Source: Phycisphaerales bacterium
Lineage (GTDB): Bacteria; Planctomycetota; Phycisphaerae; UBA1845
Assembly (NCBI GenBank): GCA_020353195.1
Contig: CP070691.1
Coordinates: forward strand, 3,498,362 to 3,562,361
Reading direction: 5' to 3'
DNA length: 64,000 bases
Translations under genes and position numbers: made by a program
Shown here: in pieces, positions 29,042 through 38,196 of the stretch
Layout of the letters: each line of letters begins with the position of its first letter
Numbering within the stretch: position 1 is the first letter of the stretch
The notes under the pieces: generated by a model
Database searches by the model: none
What the model was told of the DNA's origin: nothing
Seen by the model: the letters and a program-made list of their open reading frames with translations, nothing else

Positions 29042-29632
29042 ATGGTCGACGCCGGGCGGCTCACGTTCGGGCAGAGAGGTGAGCAGGTGGACAATCCAGC
29101 TGCGATGGACCGAGGTGCGAAACGGCGGATGGCAGAGCGCGGACGACGCGGTCGCGCGAACCTGTTCGGCGCCGGTTTGCTCAGTCTCGCCGGGGTGGTC
29201 GTTCTCTTCGGCGCAACGATCTGGCAGCGGAACAATGCTCAGGTGGCGGCCATCGAGTCGCGTCTGCAGAAGGAATTTGTCGCGCCGCTGCAAGTCGCAA
29301 TCACGCAGTCCCGGAATGTCCTGCCTCTGGAATTCCCCGCCCGAAATGCCGCCGACCGGGCCCAGGGCCACCAGTATCATTACCCCACCTCCGAGGACGT
29401 GTGGGCCCTGCGCCGGGCCACTGAGCCGGTCATCGTCGGATATGCTGGACGATTAACCCTGTTCATCCGTCCGGACGGCTACTTCGTTGTCGAATTCCAC
29501 AAAGGCCGCTTGCGTATCGAGTGGCTGTGCGAGTCCGACTTCTTCAAGCGGATCACGGCCCAGCAACAGTGGATCAAGAACAAACGGGCGACCCTGGATG
29601 CCGGGCGCCACCGAACCCCTGAGCTACCCTGA
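29042..29632 (+). CDS. Hypothetical membrane-anchored protein
   Basis: One TM (LFGAGLLSLAGVVVLFGATIW) and no recognisable domain. The start is uncertain. Confidence 0.45.
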   Translation: MVDAGRLTFGQRGEQVDNPAAMDRGAKRRMAERGRRGRANLFGAGLLSLAGVVVLFGATIWQRNNAQVAAIESRLQKEFVAPLQVAITQSRNVLPLEFPARNAADRAQGHQYHYPTSEDVWALRRATEPVIVGYAGRLTLFIRPDGYFVVEFHKGRLRIEWLCESDFFKRITAQQQWIKNKRATLDAGRHRTPELP

Positions 29633-29945
29633 CAACCCCGGCTGACCGGCGCCTCTGGCGCACGACAGGAAACCGGCCGTCGACTCAACGGGTCGGCTCG
29701 GCCCCTATGGCGCGCGACCAGAGAGCGGGTCGGACAGCCGTGCCCCGGTATCCCCGGGCCGGGCTTCGACCTCCACTCCTCGGACACACGGTGGAGCCAG
29801 GCGTGCCGTCGGCGATGATCGTCGGCGAGTCCCGATGGCCACGCGCCGCCGAACGAGCGGTTAGCGGCGGCGTGCCCTTGTCGACCGACTCCCCGGGCGG
29901 CACAATGGCCGCCTGTGATCAGACGGCCCTTTTGGAGGTGATGGC

Positions 29946-32045
29946 GTGATACGATTGAAGCTCCGTTATGTTCTGGCGGTGTGCGTAGCGGTTTCCACCA
30001 TCGCGTATGCCGGGGCGATCCCCCCCGTGCGCGACCACGACATCGAGCCCGACGACTACTTCACCATTGGCACCATCAGCGGCTGCGCGATGTCGCCGGA
30101 CGGCAAGCAGGTCGCCTACTCCGAAATGAGGTGGGAGCCGCCGGCTGAGAGACGCAATCGTGACCTTTGGGTCGTACAGTGTGACTCGCACGCCCGTCGG
30201 CGCCTCACGTTCGATCCCGCTTCGGATCGGTCACCGGTTTGGAGCCCTGACGGGCAGTACATCTACTTCATCGCCAACCGCGAACGCCCCGGCGACCAGA
30301 AGCCCCCTTACGACGGCAAGACCCAGGTCTGGCGCACACCGCCGACCGGCGGCGATCCCCAGCCGGTGACCCGCGTTGAAGACGGCATCAAGCTGTTCGA
30401 ACTCTCGAAGGACGGACGGACCCTGTATTACACCCGCTCGGACGAGCACGTCGACGACGAATGGAAAGAACTCCGCAAGGAGTACGAGGATCTCGAGTAC
30501 GGCCACGGCGTGACCGACTTCTCGCAGGTCTGGAAGCTCGATCTGGAGAGCTGGAGGGCGGAGAAGGTCGTCGATGAAAAGCGCGTGATTCGCGCACTGG
30601 CCGTCTCCGACGACGAACGCGCCGTCGCCATGATCACGACCCCGGACGACACGCTGATCACGAACGAGGGCTTCTCGCGGGTGGATGTCTTTGACGTAGA
30701 CGCCAGGGAAGTGGCGATCGTCACCCGCGACGGCTGGCGCGCCGATCACCCATCGCCGTACGGCTGGCTCGAGGGGCTGACCTGGGCCCCGGACGGTGAG
30801 GCGTTGGCCTTCACCGTTTCCTTCGACGGCTACGCGACCGAACTCTATGTCGCCGAACGCCCCGGGGCTGACGTTTCGCTGCGAAGGCTCGACCGGTTCG
30901 GCGAGGTTGACGCGAGCGAAGGCCGCCTGCGCTGGCGAGGGCAGTCCCGCGAACTGTGCTTCCTCGGTGAGTGGAAGGCCCGAAAGCGAGTCTATGGCAT
31001 CCCCGAGGTGCGCGACGGCAAGCAGGGCAAGCCCCGCACCCTGACGCCCGGCGACATCGTTGTCGATTCGTTCAGTTTCGACGAGTCGGGCAACCGCCTC
31101 GCCGCCGTCTTGAGCACTCTCACCCATCCGCCCGACCTCTACACGGCCGAGATCAAAGGCGGTGAGCCAGGCCCGATCGAGCGAGTCACCAACGTGAACC
31201 CCCAGGTCGACGCGTGGAAGCTGCCGCAGATCCGGATCGTGAACTGGACTGGCGCCGGCGGCGTCGAGTGTGAGGGCATCCTCGAACTGCCTCCCGAGTA
31301 CAAACTCGACGACGGGCCTCTGCCCATGATCGTCGAGATCCACGGGGGCCCGACCGCGGCTACCTACTATCGGTTCCGCATGTGGATCTACGGCCGGGCC
31401 TTGATGCCCGCCAGGGGCTACGCACTGTTCAGCCCGAACTACCGGGGCTCGACCGGATACGGCAGCCAGTTCACCAGCGACCTCGTCGGCCGCGAGAACG
31501 ACATCGAGGTCGAGGACATTCTCAAAGGCGTCGATGCGCTGGTTGACCAGGGCATCGCCGATCCGGACCGCCTCGGGGTCATGGGCTGGAGCAACGGCGG
31601 GTTCCTGACCAACTGCCTCATCGCCCGCACCGACCGCTTCAAAGCCGCCAGCAGCGGGGCGAGTGTGTTGGACATGATCATCCAGTGGGGCAGTGAAGAC
31701 ACCCCGGGCCACGTCGTCAACTTCATGCAGGGGCTGGTCTGGGACAAGCCTGACGCGTATCGGAAGGCCTCGCCGATCTACAATCTTCACCGGGTCCGCA
31801 CCCCGACCCTGATCCACGTCGGCGGCAGCGACGCCCGATGCCCCCGCGCCCACAGCGAGGCGCTGTACCGCGCCCTGAAGCATTATCTCGACGTTCCCGT
31901 GGAGCTGGTCGTCTACCCCGGCGAAGGCCACGGCCTGCGCAAGTACGAGAACCGAAAGGCCAAGATGGAATGGGACTTAGCCTGGTTCGACAAGTACCTG
32001 CTCGGCAAGACAGAAGAGAAACCCGGACAATCAGAAGCAGACTGA
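29946..32045 (+). CDS. Prolyl oligopeptidase family (S9) serine peptidase, acylaminoacyl-peptidase/DPP-like
   Basis: Signal peptide and an N-terminal beta-propeller-like region. Catalytic GWSNGG, with downstream Asp (GGSDARCP) and His (GEGHGL). GGAGG precedes the GTG start. Confidence 0.9.
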   Translation: MIRLKLRYVLAVCVAVSTIAYAGAIPPVRDHDIEPDDYFTIGTISGCAMSPDGKQVAYSEMRWEPPAERRNRDLWVVQCDSHARRRLTFDPASDRSPVWSPDGQYIYFIANRERPGDQKPPYDGKTQVWRTPPTGGDPQPVTRVEDGIKLFELSKDGRTLYYTRSDEHVDDEWKELRKEYEDLEYGHGVTDFSQVWKLDLESWRAEKVVDEKRVIRALAVSDDERAVAMITTPDDTLITNEGFSRVDVFDVDAREVAIVTRDGWRADHPSPYGWLEGLTWAPDGEALAFTVSFDGYATELYVAERPGADVSLRRLDRFGEVDASEGRLRWRGQSRELCFLGEWKARKRVYGIPEVRDGKQGKPRTLTPGDIVVDSFSFDESGNRLAAVLSTLTHPPDLYTAEIKGGEPGPIERVTNVNPQVDAWKLPQIRIVNWTGAGGVECEGILELPPEYKLDDGPLPMIVEIHGGPTAATYYRFRMWIYGRALMPARGYALFSPNYRGSTGYGSQFTSDLVGRENDIEVEDILKGVDALVDQGIADPDRLGVMGWSNGGFLTNCLIARTDRFKAASSGASVLDMIIQWGSEDTPGHVVNFMQGLVWDKPDAYRKASPIYNLHRVRTPTLIHVGGSDARCPRAHSEALYRALKHYLDVPVELVVYPGEGHGLRKYENRKAKMEWDLAWFDKYLLGKTEEKPGQSEAD

Positions 32046-32109
32046 CGGGCGGCGAGCCGCTGATAAACTCGGCCGATCACGGGTCAGGGGTTTCATAGGC
32101 AATGTCCCG

Positions 32110-33180
32110 ATGAAATGCGACAGACCGCTCAAGACGATTGAATGGATCGGCGGCGTTGACGGGTGCGTGCGGATGATCGACCAGACGCGCCTGCCGGGCG
32201 AGCTGGTCCACGTCGAGATCCGCGATGTGGAAGCCATGTGCGAGGCGATCAAGACGATGCGGGTGCGGGGGGCGCCGGCCATCGGGATCGCAGCGGCCAT
32301 GGGTGCGGTCATCGGCGTGCAGACGGCGCGAGATTCCGACGCCGCCGCGTTCCGCGAGCGCTTTGCCGACGTGTGCGACTACCTTGCGGCGTCCCGCCCG
32401 ACAGCCGTCAATCTGTTCTGGGCGCTGGACCGGCTGCGACGGGTGGTGGACTCGCTGCCGGGCGCCGACGTGCCGGCGCTCCGTCGGGCTTTGCTTGACG
32501 AGGCCAAGGGAATCCGCGACGAGGACGCCGCCATGTGCCGGGCCATCGGGCAGGCCGGGGCCGCGCTCATCACAACCGGAGCCGGCGTCCTGACCCATTG
32601 CAACGCGGGAGGATTGGCGACTGCAGAGTACGGGACCGCATTGGCCGTCTGCTACGCCGCCCATGATGCCGGGCGGGAATTCCGCGTCTATGCCGGCGAA
32701 ACGCGCCCCCTGCTTCAGGGCTCGCGGCTGACGGCGTGGGAGCTTGACCAGGGCGGCATCGACGTGACGGTGATCTGCGACAGTATGGCCGGCGTGCTGA
32801 TGAAGCAGGGCAAGGTTGACCTGGTGATCACCGGAGCCGACCGGATCGCCGCGAACGGCGACGTCGCCAACAAGATCGGCACTTACAGCGTCGCCGTCCT
32901 GGCCCGGGCTCACCGGATTCCGTTCTATGTTGCGGCCCCCAGTTCGACGTTCGACCTGTCGACTCCGGACGGAAGCTGCATTCCGATCGAGGAGCGGGCC
33001 CCGGACGAGATTCGGCGGGGGTTCGGGCCGCTCACAGCCCCGGTCGACGCCAAATGCTATTGCCCGGCCTTCGACGTGACGCCGGCGGACCTGATCCGGG
33101 GGATTATCACCGAAAACGGCATCATCACCCCCGTTTGCGCCGACGCCATAGCCGCCATGCTGATCGACGATTCGGCTTGA
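32110..33180 (+). CDS. mtnA: S-methyl-5-thioribose-1-phosphate isomerase
   Basis: Contains RGAPAIG, SRPTAVNL, THCNAGGLAT and GADRIAANGDVANKIGTY, and is colinear with MtnA/eIF-2B family isomerases. Confidence 0.9.
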   Translation: MKCDRPLKTIEWIGGVDGCVRMIDQTRLPGELVHVEIRDVEAMCEAIKTMRVRGAPAIGIAAAMGAVIGVQTARDSDAAAFRERFADVCDYLAASRPTAVNLFWALDRLRRVVDSLPGADVPALRRALLDEAKGIRDEDAAMCRAIGQAGAALITTGAGVLTHCNAGGLATAEYGTALAVCYAAHDAGREFRVYAGETRPLLQGSRLTAWELDQGGIDVTVICDSMAGVLMKQGKVDLVITGADRIAANGDVANKIGTYSVAVLARAHRIPFYVAAPSSTFDLSTPDGSCIPIEERAPDEIRRGFGPLTAPVDAKCYCPAFDVTPADLIRGIITENGIITPVCADAIAAMLIDDSA

Positions 33181-33424
33181 GAATCCCGCTTGCAGGGACA
33201 CCGCCAACGGTCGATAATAGGGTAGCTACCCCGACTCCGAGAGTGCCCAGGCGCACGGCTAAGCGGGTTCTCGGGGGAAGGGCTGCTGGCGCGATGCTTG
33301 CGGCCCGTCGGCGGTCGCCTTATACTCCAGGCTGGGGTGGTCAGACGTTGGTGTGCTCGCCACGGCTTCGGGCGGCGCAGTTGGCGTTGGCGCGGTTGAC
33401 GCCACCCGGTTAAGGAAGTGGAAC

Positions 33425-33706
33425 ATGCGGTCAAAGAGATCTTGGATTCCAATGGTGCTCGTTTTGGTCGGGGCTGCAGGCATCCTGTTTGCCAGTGGAT
33501 CAGGGTTGGCGTGCACGTCGCTGTTCGGAGAGCAGGCGATGGGCACCGCCGACTTGTGCTTCATATTCGACTGCCAGAACGGGGCGCTGGGTGGGGCAAT
33601 CGATTTCTGCTCGGACAGCCTGTTCGAGAGCCCGCTGTTCACGGACTGCCCGGAGGCTGTGCCAGAGGAAGACGGGGGCGGCGGGGGCGGAGGCGGCGGC
33701 TTCTAG
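33425..33706 (+). CDS. Small secreted Cys-containing protein ending in a poly-Gly tract (93 aa)
   Basis: AAGGAAG RBS and a signal-like MRSKRSWIPMVLVLVGAAGILFASGSGLAC. It is paralogous to the next ORF and has the C-terminus EEDGGGGGGGGGF. Confidence 0.5.
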   Translation: MRSKRSWIPMVLVLVGAAGILFASGSGLACTSLFGEQAMGTADLCFIFDCQNGALGGAIDFCSDSLFESPLFTDCPEAVPEEDGGGGGGGGGF

Positions 33707-33780
33707 CGGATGCCCCGACAGCCGGTGTGGCGCTGCCTGATCCGGTCGTCGCACGCGGTTCGCGTATCAGGAGAGTATCC

Positions 33781-34080
33781 ATGAGAGGATTGACCGGGAA
33801 AAGGAGTCTGCGCATTATCGCTTCGATCGCCGCGTTGATGAGCGGGGGCATGGTGCTCGGGCTGCTGCCTTCGTGCGAGACCGTGCTGACTACCTTCAAT
33901 CCCTGTGGATCGATTTTCGCGTTCTGCGATCCGGTGGATGTCAACCGGCTCTTCGCCGAAGTTCCGGACTTTGGGCACGATCCGAGCTGCACCATTCCGT
34001 ACTATGGGGTTGACGGGGAGTCCCCCGGGGATTGCGCGACACAGCCCGTCTATCCGGACGAGTCGGGACCCAGGCCATAG
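33781..34080 (+). CDS. Small secreted/lipoprotein-like Cys-containing protein (99 aa), paralog of 33425-33706
   Basis: Internal ATG of track ORF 33418-34080, with signal MRGLTGKRSLRIIASIAALMSGGMVLGLLPSC. It shares the pattern G-x-I-x-F-C-[SD]...LF-x-E-x-P-x-F...D-x-x-C with the upstream ORF. Confidence 0.5.
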   Translation: MRGLTGKRSLRIIASIAALMSGGMVLGLLPSCETVLTTFNPCGSIFAFCDPVDVNRLFAEVPDFGHDPSCTIPYYGVDGESPGDCATQPVYPDESGPRP

Positions 34081-34237
34081 GGCGTCCGGCGCGTTGGCGG
34101 TTGGTGAATGACCGGAGGCGCGGGAGTGCGGCGCGATTGACCGAACCGGGGGGATCAGGGGTCGTTTCCGGCGCGGGGGCGGCGTCAAAGTCGGTCTTCA
34201 AAACGTTGACAATCAGGGTTCATCAGGAGTTGTGTTC

Positions 34238-34399
34238 ATGTCCAAGTCCCGAGCGGTCCGCATCCTGGCTCTTATCGCCACCGGTGGCGTTGTCCTGCAG
34301 GCCGGAGGGTGCGCGACAACAATGGCCCCGCTGCTGCTAAGCCTGCTCGAGTCAATCCTGCTTAGCACGCTGACCGGTGGTACGCTGGGCGGTCTGTGA
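34238..34399 (+). CDS. Tiny putative lipoprotein (53 aa), absent from the ORF track
   Basis: My own translation is MSKSRAVRILALIATGGVVLQAGGCATTMAPLLLSLLESILLSTLTGGTLGGL*. It has a signal plus a Cys at position 25, a hydrophobic mature peptide and GC-rich third positions. Confidence 0.35.
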   Translation: MSKSRAVRILALIATGGVVLQAGGCATTMAPLLLSLLESILLSTLTGGTLGGL

Positions 34400-34609
34400 T
34401 CTTCGGGGTCGTCACCGTTCTTTGAGTGCTGCGCATACCGGGGTTTCGTGCAGGCGATGCCTCGCGGGCCGACCAGCTTGCGAATCCACCGTTTGAAGTC
34501 CTCGTGTCCTCAGCGTTTCGGGGTCGACAAAGATAGGCGCAGGGCCCGACGCGACCTGACCGGCGTCGCAGGCCGAACCCAGGCGGCCCGTCGACCCGCA
34601 AGACCCCCT

Positions 34610-34879
34610 TTAACGGTGCCCGCGCTCGAACACCATCATCCTCTCCCGCTGTCCGACGAGATCGGTCCTGAAGGTCCAGCCTTGCGAAGCCATCTTGTTG
34701 AGGTATTCTTCCACGTGCCGATGATAGGGTTTGGCGGCGTCGTCACTGGGCCAGGGCGTAACCTGGTAGGTCGGAGGCGGGTCTGGCGGCGGCTGTGGCT
34801 TGGGTTGGATCGCTTGGGAGAAGTACGCCCCCAGAGCAAGGACCGCTGCGGCGGCCGCTACCGTTCGGATCGTCTTCAT
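34610..34879 (-). CDS. Small secreted protein with Pro-rich linker (89 aa)
   Basis: GGAG lies 9 nt before the internal ATG (MKTIRTVAAAAAVLALGAYF). A PQPPPDPPP linker is followed by a compact C-terminal domain. No function is assignable. Confidence 0.5.
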   Translation of the reverse strand: MKTIRTVAAAAAVLALGAYFSQAIQPKPQPPPDPPPTYQVTPWPSDDAAKPYHRHVEEYLNKMASQGWTFRTDLVGQRERMMVFERGHR

Positions 34880-35091
34880 CGCCGGTCTCCATGTTTCGGG
34901 TCGGATTCGGATGCAGGCGCATGCGCTTCGCAATATAGGCTCTGCGATCGCCCCGCACAACGAAGCATGAACGGCCGCCCCGCCACCGCACCGCCGCCAA
35001 AAGCAGGAGCCCGCCTCCCAGCGGTGCTGACCCGGAGGCGTCGGCGGCACGGATACGGAACACCGTGAGTGTTGCGATGGGAGACTGCAAC

Positions 35092-36003
35092 ATGTTCATA
35101 CGTCGGATCACATCGGTCGCCCTGGCAGTGGCAACCCTGCCGATGTCGGCCCGCGCACTGGAGCCGAAGACGGCTGCGTTCAAGACCAAGGATGACGTCG
35201 AGATTACGGGGGACTACTACCCGGCCGCCGGGCAGACCCCGTCGCCGGTGGTCATCCTGTTGCACATGTACCGCTCGAACCGGGCCGCCTGGAAGCCCCT
35301 GGTGCCGCACTTGCACGAGGCGGGTTTCGCGGTGCTTGCGATCGACTTGCGAGGCCACGGCGATAGCGTCAAACCCCGCGCCCAGAGGCTCGTGACACGC
35401 GCCATGGACCGCGACCCCGTTCTGTTCAATGCCATGCACAACGACGTCTACGGCGCCTACGACTTCCTTACCCGCCAGCCCGGCTGCGATATGTCCCGGC
35501 TCGCACTGGTCGGGGCGAGCGTGGGAGGAAGCGTGGCCCTGGACTATGCCCGCCAGGACCGTTCAGTGGACGTCGTCGTGTGGATGTCACCCGGAGAGGC
35601 GTACCTGGGCGTCGATTCGCGCGCACATGCGAAAGAGTTCGCCAAGCACGGGAAACGCGGGCTCCTGCTGATGGCCGCGCCGGGAGAGCGCCGGGATTGC
35701 GACATCCTGAGCGAGATTCACCCCGACGCCACCGTGCATATCACCGAGCCGGGCCGAAAGGACGGCGACAAGGTCCACGGGACGCACATGTTCGGGCAGG
35801 TGGAAGACGTCGAACGGCGGATCGTCAACTTCCTCGTCGCGCACGTCGGCGAGCCGCCGACCAAGCCGGTCGCCGGCGACCTCAACGGCGAGACGTTCTG
35901 GCCGGTCGGCAGTGACGGGGACAAGAAGCTCGCCCCGCAGACCCGACGCGTCTTCTCGTCCGCGGACGAAGCGAAGTCCCGCGGCTACAAGCCCTCGAAC
36001 TGA
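35092..36003 (+). CDS. Secreted alpha/beta hydrolase (dienelactone hydrolase/S9-like fold)
   Basis: Signal peptide, VVILLHMYRSNRAAW...AIDLRGHGDS, and a nucleophile elbow LVGASVGGS. GGGAG lies 8 nt before the ATG at 35092. Confidence 0.75.
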   Translation: MFIRRITSVALAVATLPMSARALEPKTAAFKTKDDVEITGDYYPAAGQTPSPVVILLHMYRSNRAAWKPLVPHLHEAGFAVLAIDLRGHGDSVKPRAQRLVTRAMDRDPVLFNAMHNDVYGAYDFLTRQPGCDMSRLALVGASVGGSVALDYARQDRSVDVVVWMSPGEAYLGVDSRAHAKEFAKHGKRGLLLMAAPGERRDCDILSEIHPDATVHITEPGRKDGDKVHGTHMFGQVEDVERRIVNFLVAHVGEPPTKPVAGDLNGETFWPVGSDGDKKLAPQTRRVFSSADEAKSRGYKPSN

Positions 36004-36057
36004 GCCCCTCGACCCGTGCCCCGCGTCCGCCGCGCCGCACCGATGCGCAGCAGATGC

Positions 36058-36837
36058 CTACCGGTCGGTGGCGTCCGGCCGGTCAGCCCGATCGGCAAAG
36101 TCTTCGATCTGCTGGGCCATCCCCATTAGGATCCGGGCCTCCTTCACCGTCATGCCCGCTCGCGACAGAACGGCCCGAAGCGGGAACAACAGGTGCTCGG
36201 GGTTCTCGGAATGCAGGTACCCGATCTTGAGTAACGCCCGGCGGTATTTGCCCATCAGGCGACTGATCGTCGCGGCGTCAGCCTGAGGCGCCGGCGGCGG
36301 AGGGGCCGGTTCGGACCTGGTTTGCGCGCGCCGCGCTGCGCGGAACAACTCGTATCCGGTGATCATCACCGCCTGAGCCAGGTTCAGGCTCGGATAGGCA
36401 TCGCAGCTCGGAATGCGGAACACCGCGTCGCAGGTCAGCAGCTCGTCGTTGGCCAACCCGTTATCTTCGCTGCCGAACAGGATCGCAACTACGCCGTGCC
36501 AAGCTCGTGACACTGCCTGTTCGGCCAGCCGCTCCGGGCTGACTTGCATCTGCCGGCGGTACAGCCCGCCGCGGCAACTGGTCCCCACGGCGTAGACGAC
36601 GCCGTCGAGCCCGTCGGTGAGCGTCCTGACGATCCGGGCGGAACGCAGGACCGGCTCGGCCCGGGCCCCGGCTTTGCGCGCCTCCGCTGACAGCGGGTCG
36701 CATTGCGGGGCGACCAGTACGAGCCGGTGAAGTCCGGTGTTGGCCATCGCCCGGGCCGCCGCGCCGATGTTGCCCGCGAATTTCGGCCGGACCAGCACGA
36801 TGCGGATGTTGCCCAGTGGGTCGTCCATCAGCGCCAT
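36058..36837 (-). CDS. SpoU/TrmH-class RNA 2'-O-methyltransferase, TrmJ-like
   Basis: IRIVLVRPKFAGNIGAAARAMANTG N-terminal motif and the SPOUT knot motifs LFGSEDNGL and IPS...SLNLAQAV. The start was moved to CAT 36835-36837. Confidence 0.85.
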   Translation of the reverse strand: MALMDDPLGNIRIVLVRPKFAGNIGAAARAMANTGLHRLVLVAPQCDPLSAEARKAGARAEPVLRSARIVRTLTDGLDGVVYAVGTSCRGGLYRRQMQVSPERLAEQAVSRAWHGVVAILFGSEDNGLANDELLTCDAVFRIPSCDAYPSLNLAQAVMITGYELFRAARRAQTRSEPAPPPPAPQADAATISRLMGKYRRALLKIGYLHSENPEHLLFPLRAVLSRAGMTVKEARILMGMAQQIEDFADRADRPDATDR

Positions 36838-37169
36838 CCTACCACTGAGGCCACAGCAGCAAAACGCGGCGCATCGGCGAAGCGGTGGGGCGACGAAGTG
36901 TCCCGCGAACGCGGGGACGGCCCCGGGCGTAGCAGGGGCGGTAACCACGAGCGACGGACAGGCGCGAGGCAGCCGCCCCGCAAACACCCGTGGCTCGGAA
37001 GATATCACACCTCGCCCCCAGCCCGGCGATGCCCCGCTGCCTGATTCCGGGAGCCGCGCTGAACGTTGATTCGCCTGCTGGTCCGCTGTATTCTGTCACC
37101 CGTTCCAAGGCGCGGAGCGACGAAGCCGTGGCGGCTTGGCCGTCGGCGCCGCAGGCAGGAGTTCGAGCC

Positions 37170-38084
37170 ATGAGGACGATTCTCGCTTCCCTTATCATCG
37201 CCCTGGGATTGAGCATGCTGGCAGTCGCGGATGAGCCGAAGCCTCCCCCCAAGCAGCCTGAATCACCCTCGACGGCGCCGGCGTCACCGGAGGGGGCGGA
37301 GAAGGAGGTCCCTCCGAAGGTCACTGAGCAAGAGAAGGAGGTCCCCGTGAAGCCAGCGCCGAAGGATAAGCCCACCGGCAAGCCGCGCGTGGCCATGGAA
37401 ACCACGCTGGGAACCATCGTCCTTGAACTCGACGCGGACAAGGCGCCGATCACCGTCGCCAACTTCCTGCGGTACGTTGAGGACGGTTTCTATGAGGGGA
37501 CGATTTTCCATCGTGTGATGCCCGGCTTCATGATTCAGGGCGGCGGGTACACGCCCGAACTCGACGAGAAGACCGAAGGCCTGCACGAGCCCATCAAGAA
37601 CGAAGCCCGCAACGGGCTTCGCAATGTTCGCGGGACGATTGCGGCGGCCAGGTTGCCGACCCCGGATTCCGCAACATCGCAGTTCTACATCAACGTCGTG
37701 GATAACTCGAGCCGCCTCGACTACCCCAGCAGGGACGGGCACGGGTACGCCGTGTTCGGGAAGGTCGTCCAGGGAATGGACGTCGTGGAGGCGATTCGCA
37801 ACACCAAGACTCAAGAGCATCCCAAGTACCCCAGCGAGGATGGGGCGGTCGTGCCGGTCACGCCGATTGTGGTCAAGACCGTCCGGCTGCTCGACGCTGA
37901 GAAAGGGCCCAAGAAGCCGGTAACCAGACCGGCCGCGACGGACAAGAAACCCGTACCCCCCAAAGACACGCCTGCGAAGCCCGTTACACCCCCTCCGCCC
38001 CCGCCGCCGGATGAAAGCCCGGAGGCGGACAAGGAGGCCGAACAGGCGGAAAAGGCCGAGAAGCCAGAGGCGGGACAGGAGTAG
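37170..38084 (+). CDS. Secreted cyclophilin-type peptidyl-prolyl cis-trans isomerase with Pro/Lys/Glu-rich N- and C-terminal extensions
   Basis: Signal MRTILASLIIALGLSMLAVA and cyclophilin core FHRVMPGFMIQGG...SQFYIN...VFGKVVQGMDVV. Confidence 0.9.
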   Translation: MRTILASLIIALGLSMLAVADEPKPPPKQPESPSTAPASPEGAEKEVPPKVTEQEKEVPVKPAPKDKPTGKPRVAMETTLGTIVLELDADKAPITVANFLRYVEDGFYEGTIFHRVMPGFMIQGGGYTPELDEKTEGLHEPIKNEARNGLRNVRGTIAAARLPTPDSATSQFYINVVDNSSRLDYPSRDGHGYAVFGKVVQGMDVVEAIRNTKTQEHPKYPSEDGAVVPVTPIVVKTVRLLDAEKGPKKPVTRPAATDKKPVPPKDTPAKPVTPPPPPPPDESPEADKEAEQAEKAEKPEAGQE

Positions 38085-38196
38085 CACCCGCTGGCACCGG
38101 CATCATTTGACGATCGCGTATGGACACCGCTTTCCGGTCCGCCGGGTTGCCGAAGCGTGCGTTGACCGCGCCTGCGCCTTGGGATAACACTTCCGT

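Noticed and set aside
35890-36003. C-terminal tail of the alpha/beta hydrolase (ETFWPVGSDGDKKLAPQTRRVFSSADEAKSRGYKPS), which resembles small Ada-like metal-binding tails ending in F-x-S-x-x-E-A-x-x-x-G-Y-x-P.
   Set aside because: The Cys/His ligands that define that domain are missing. The similarity is only a short pattern recalled from memory.
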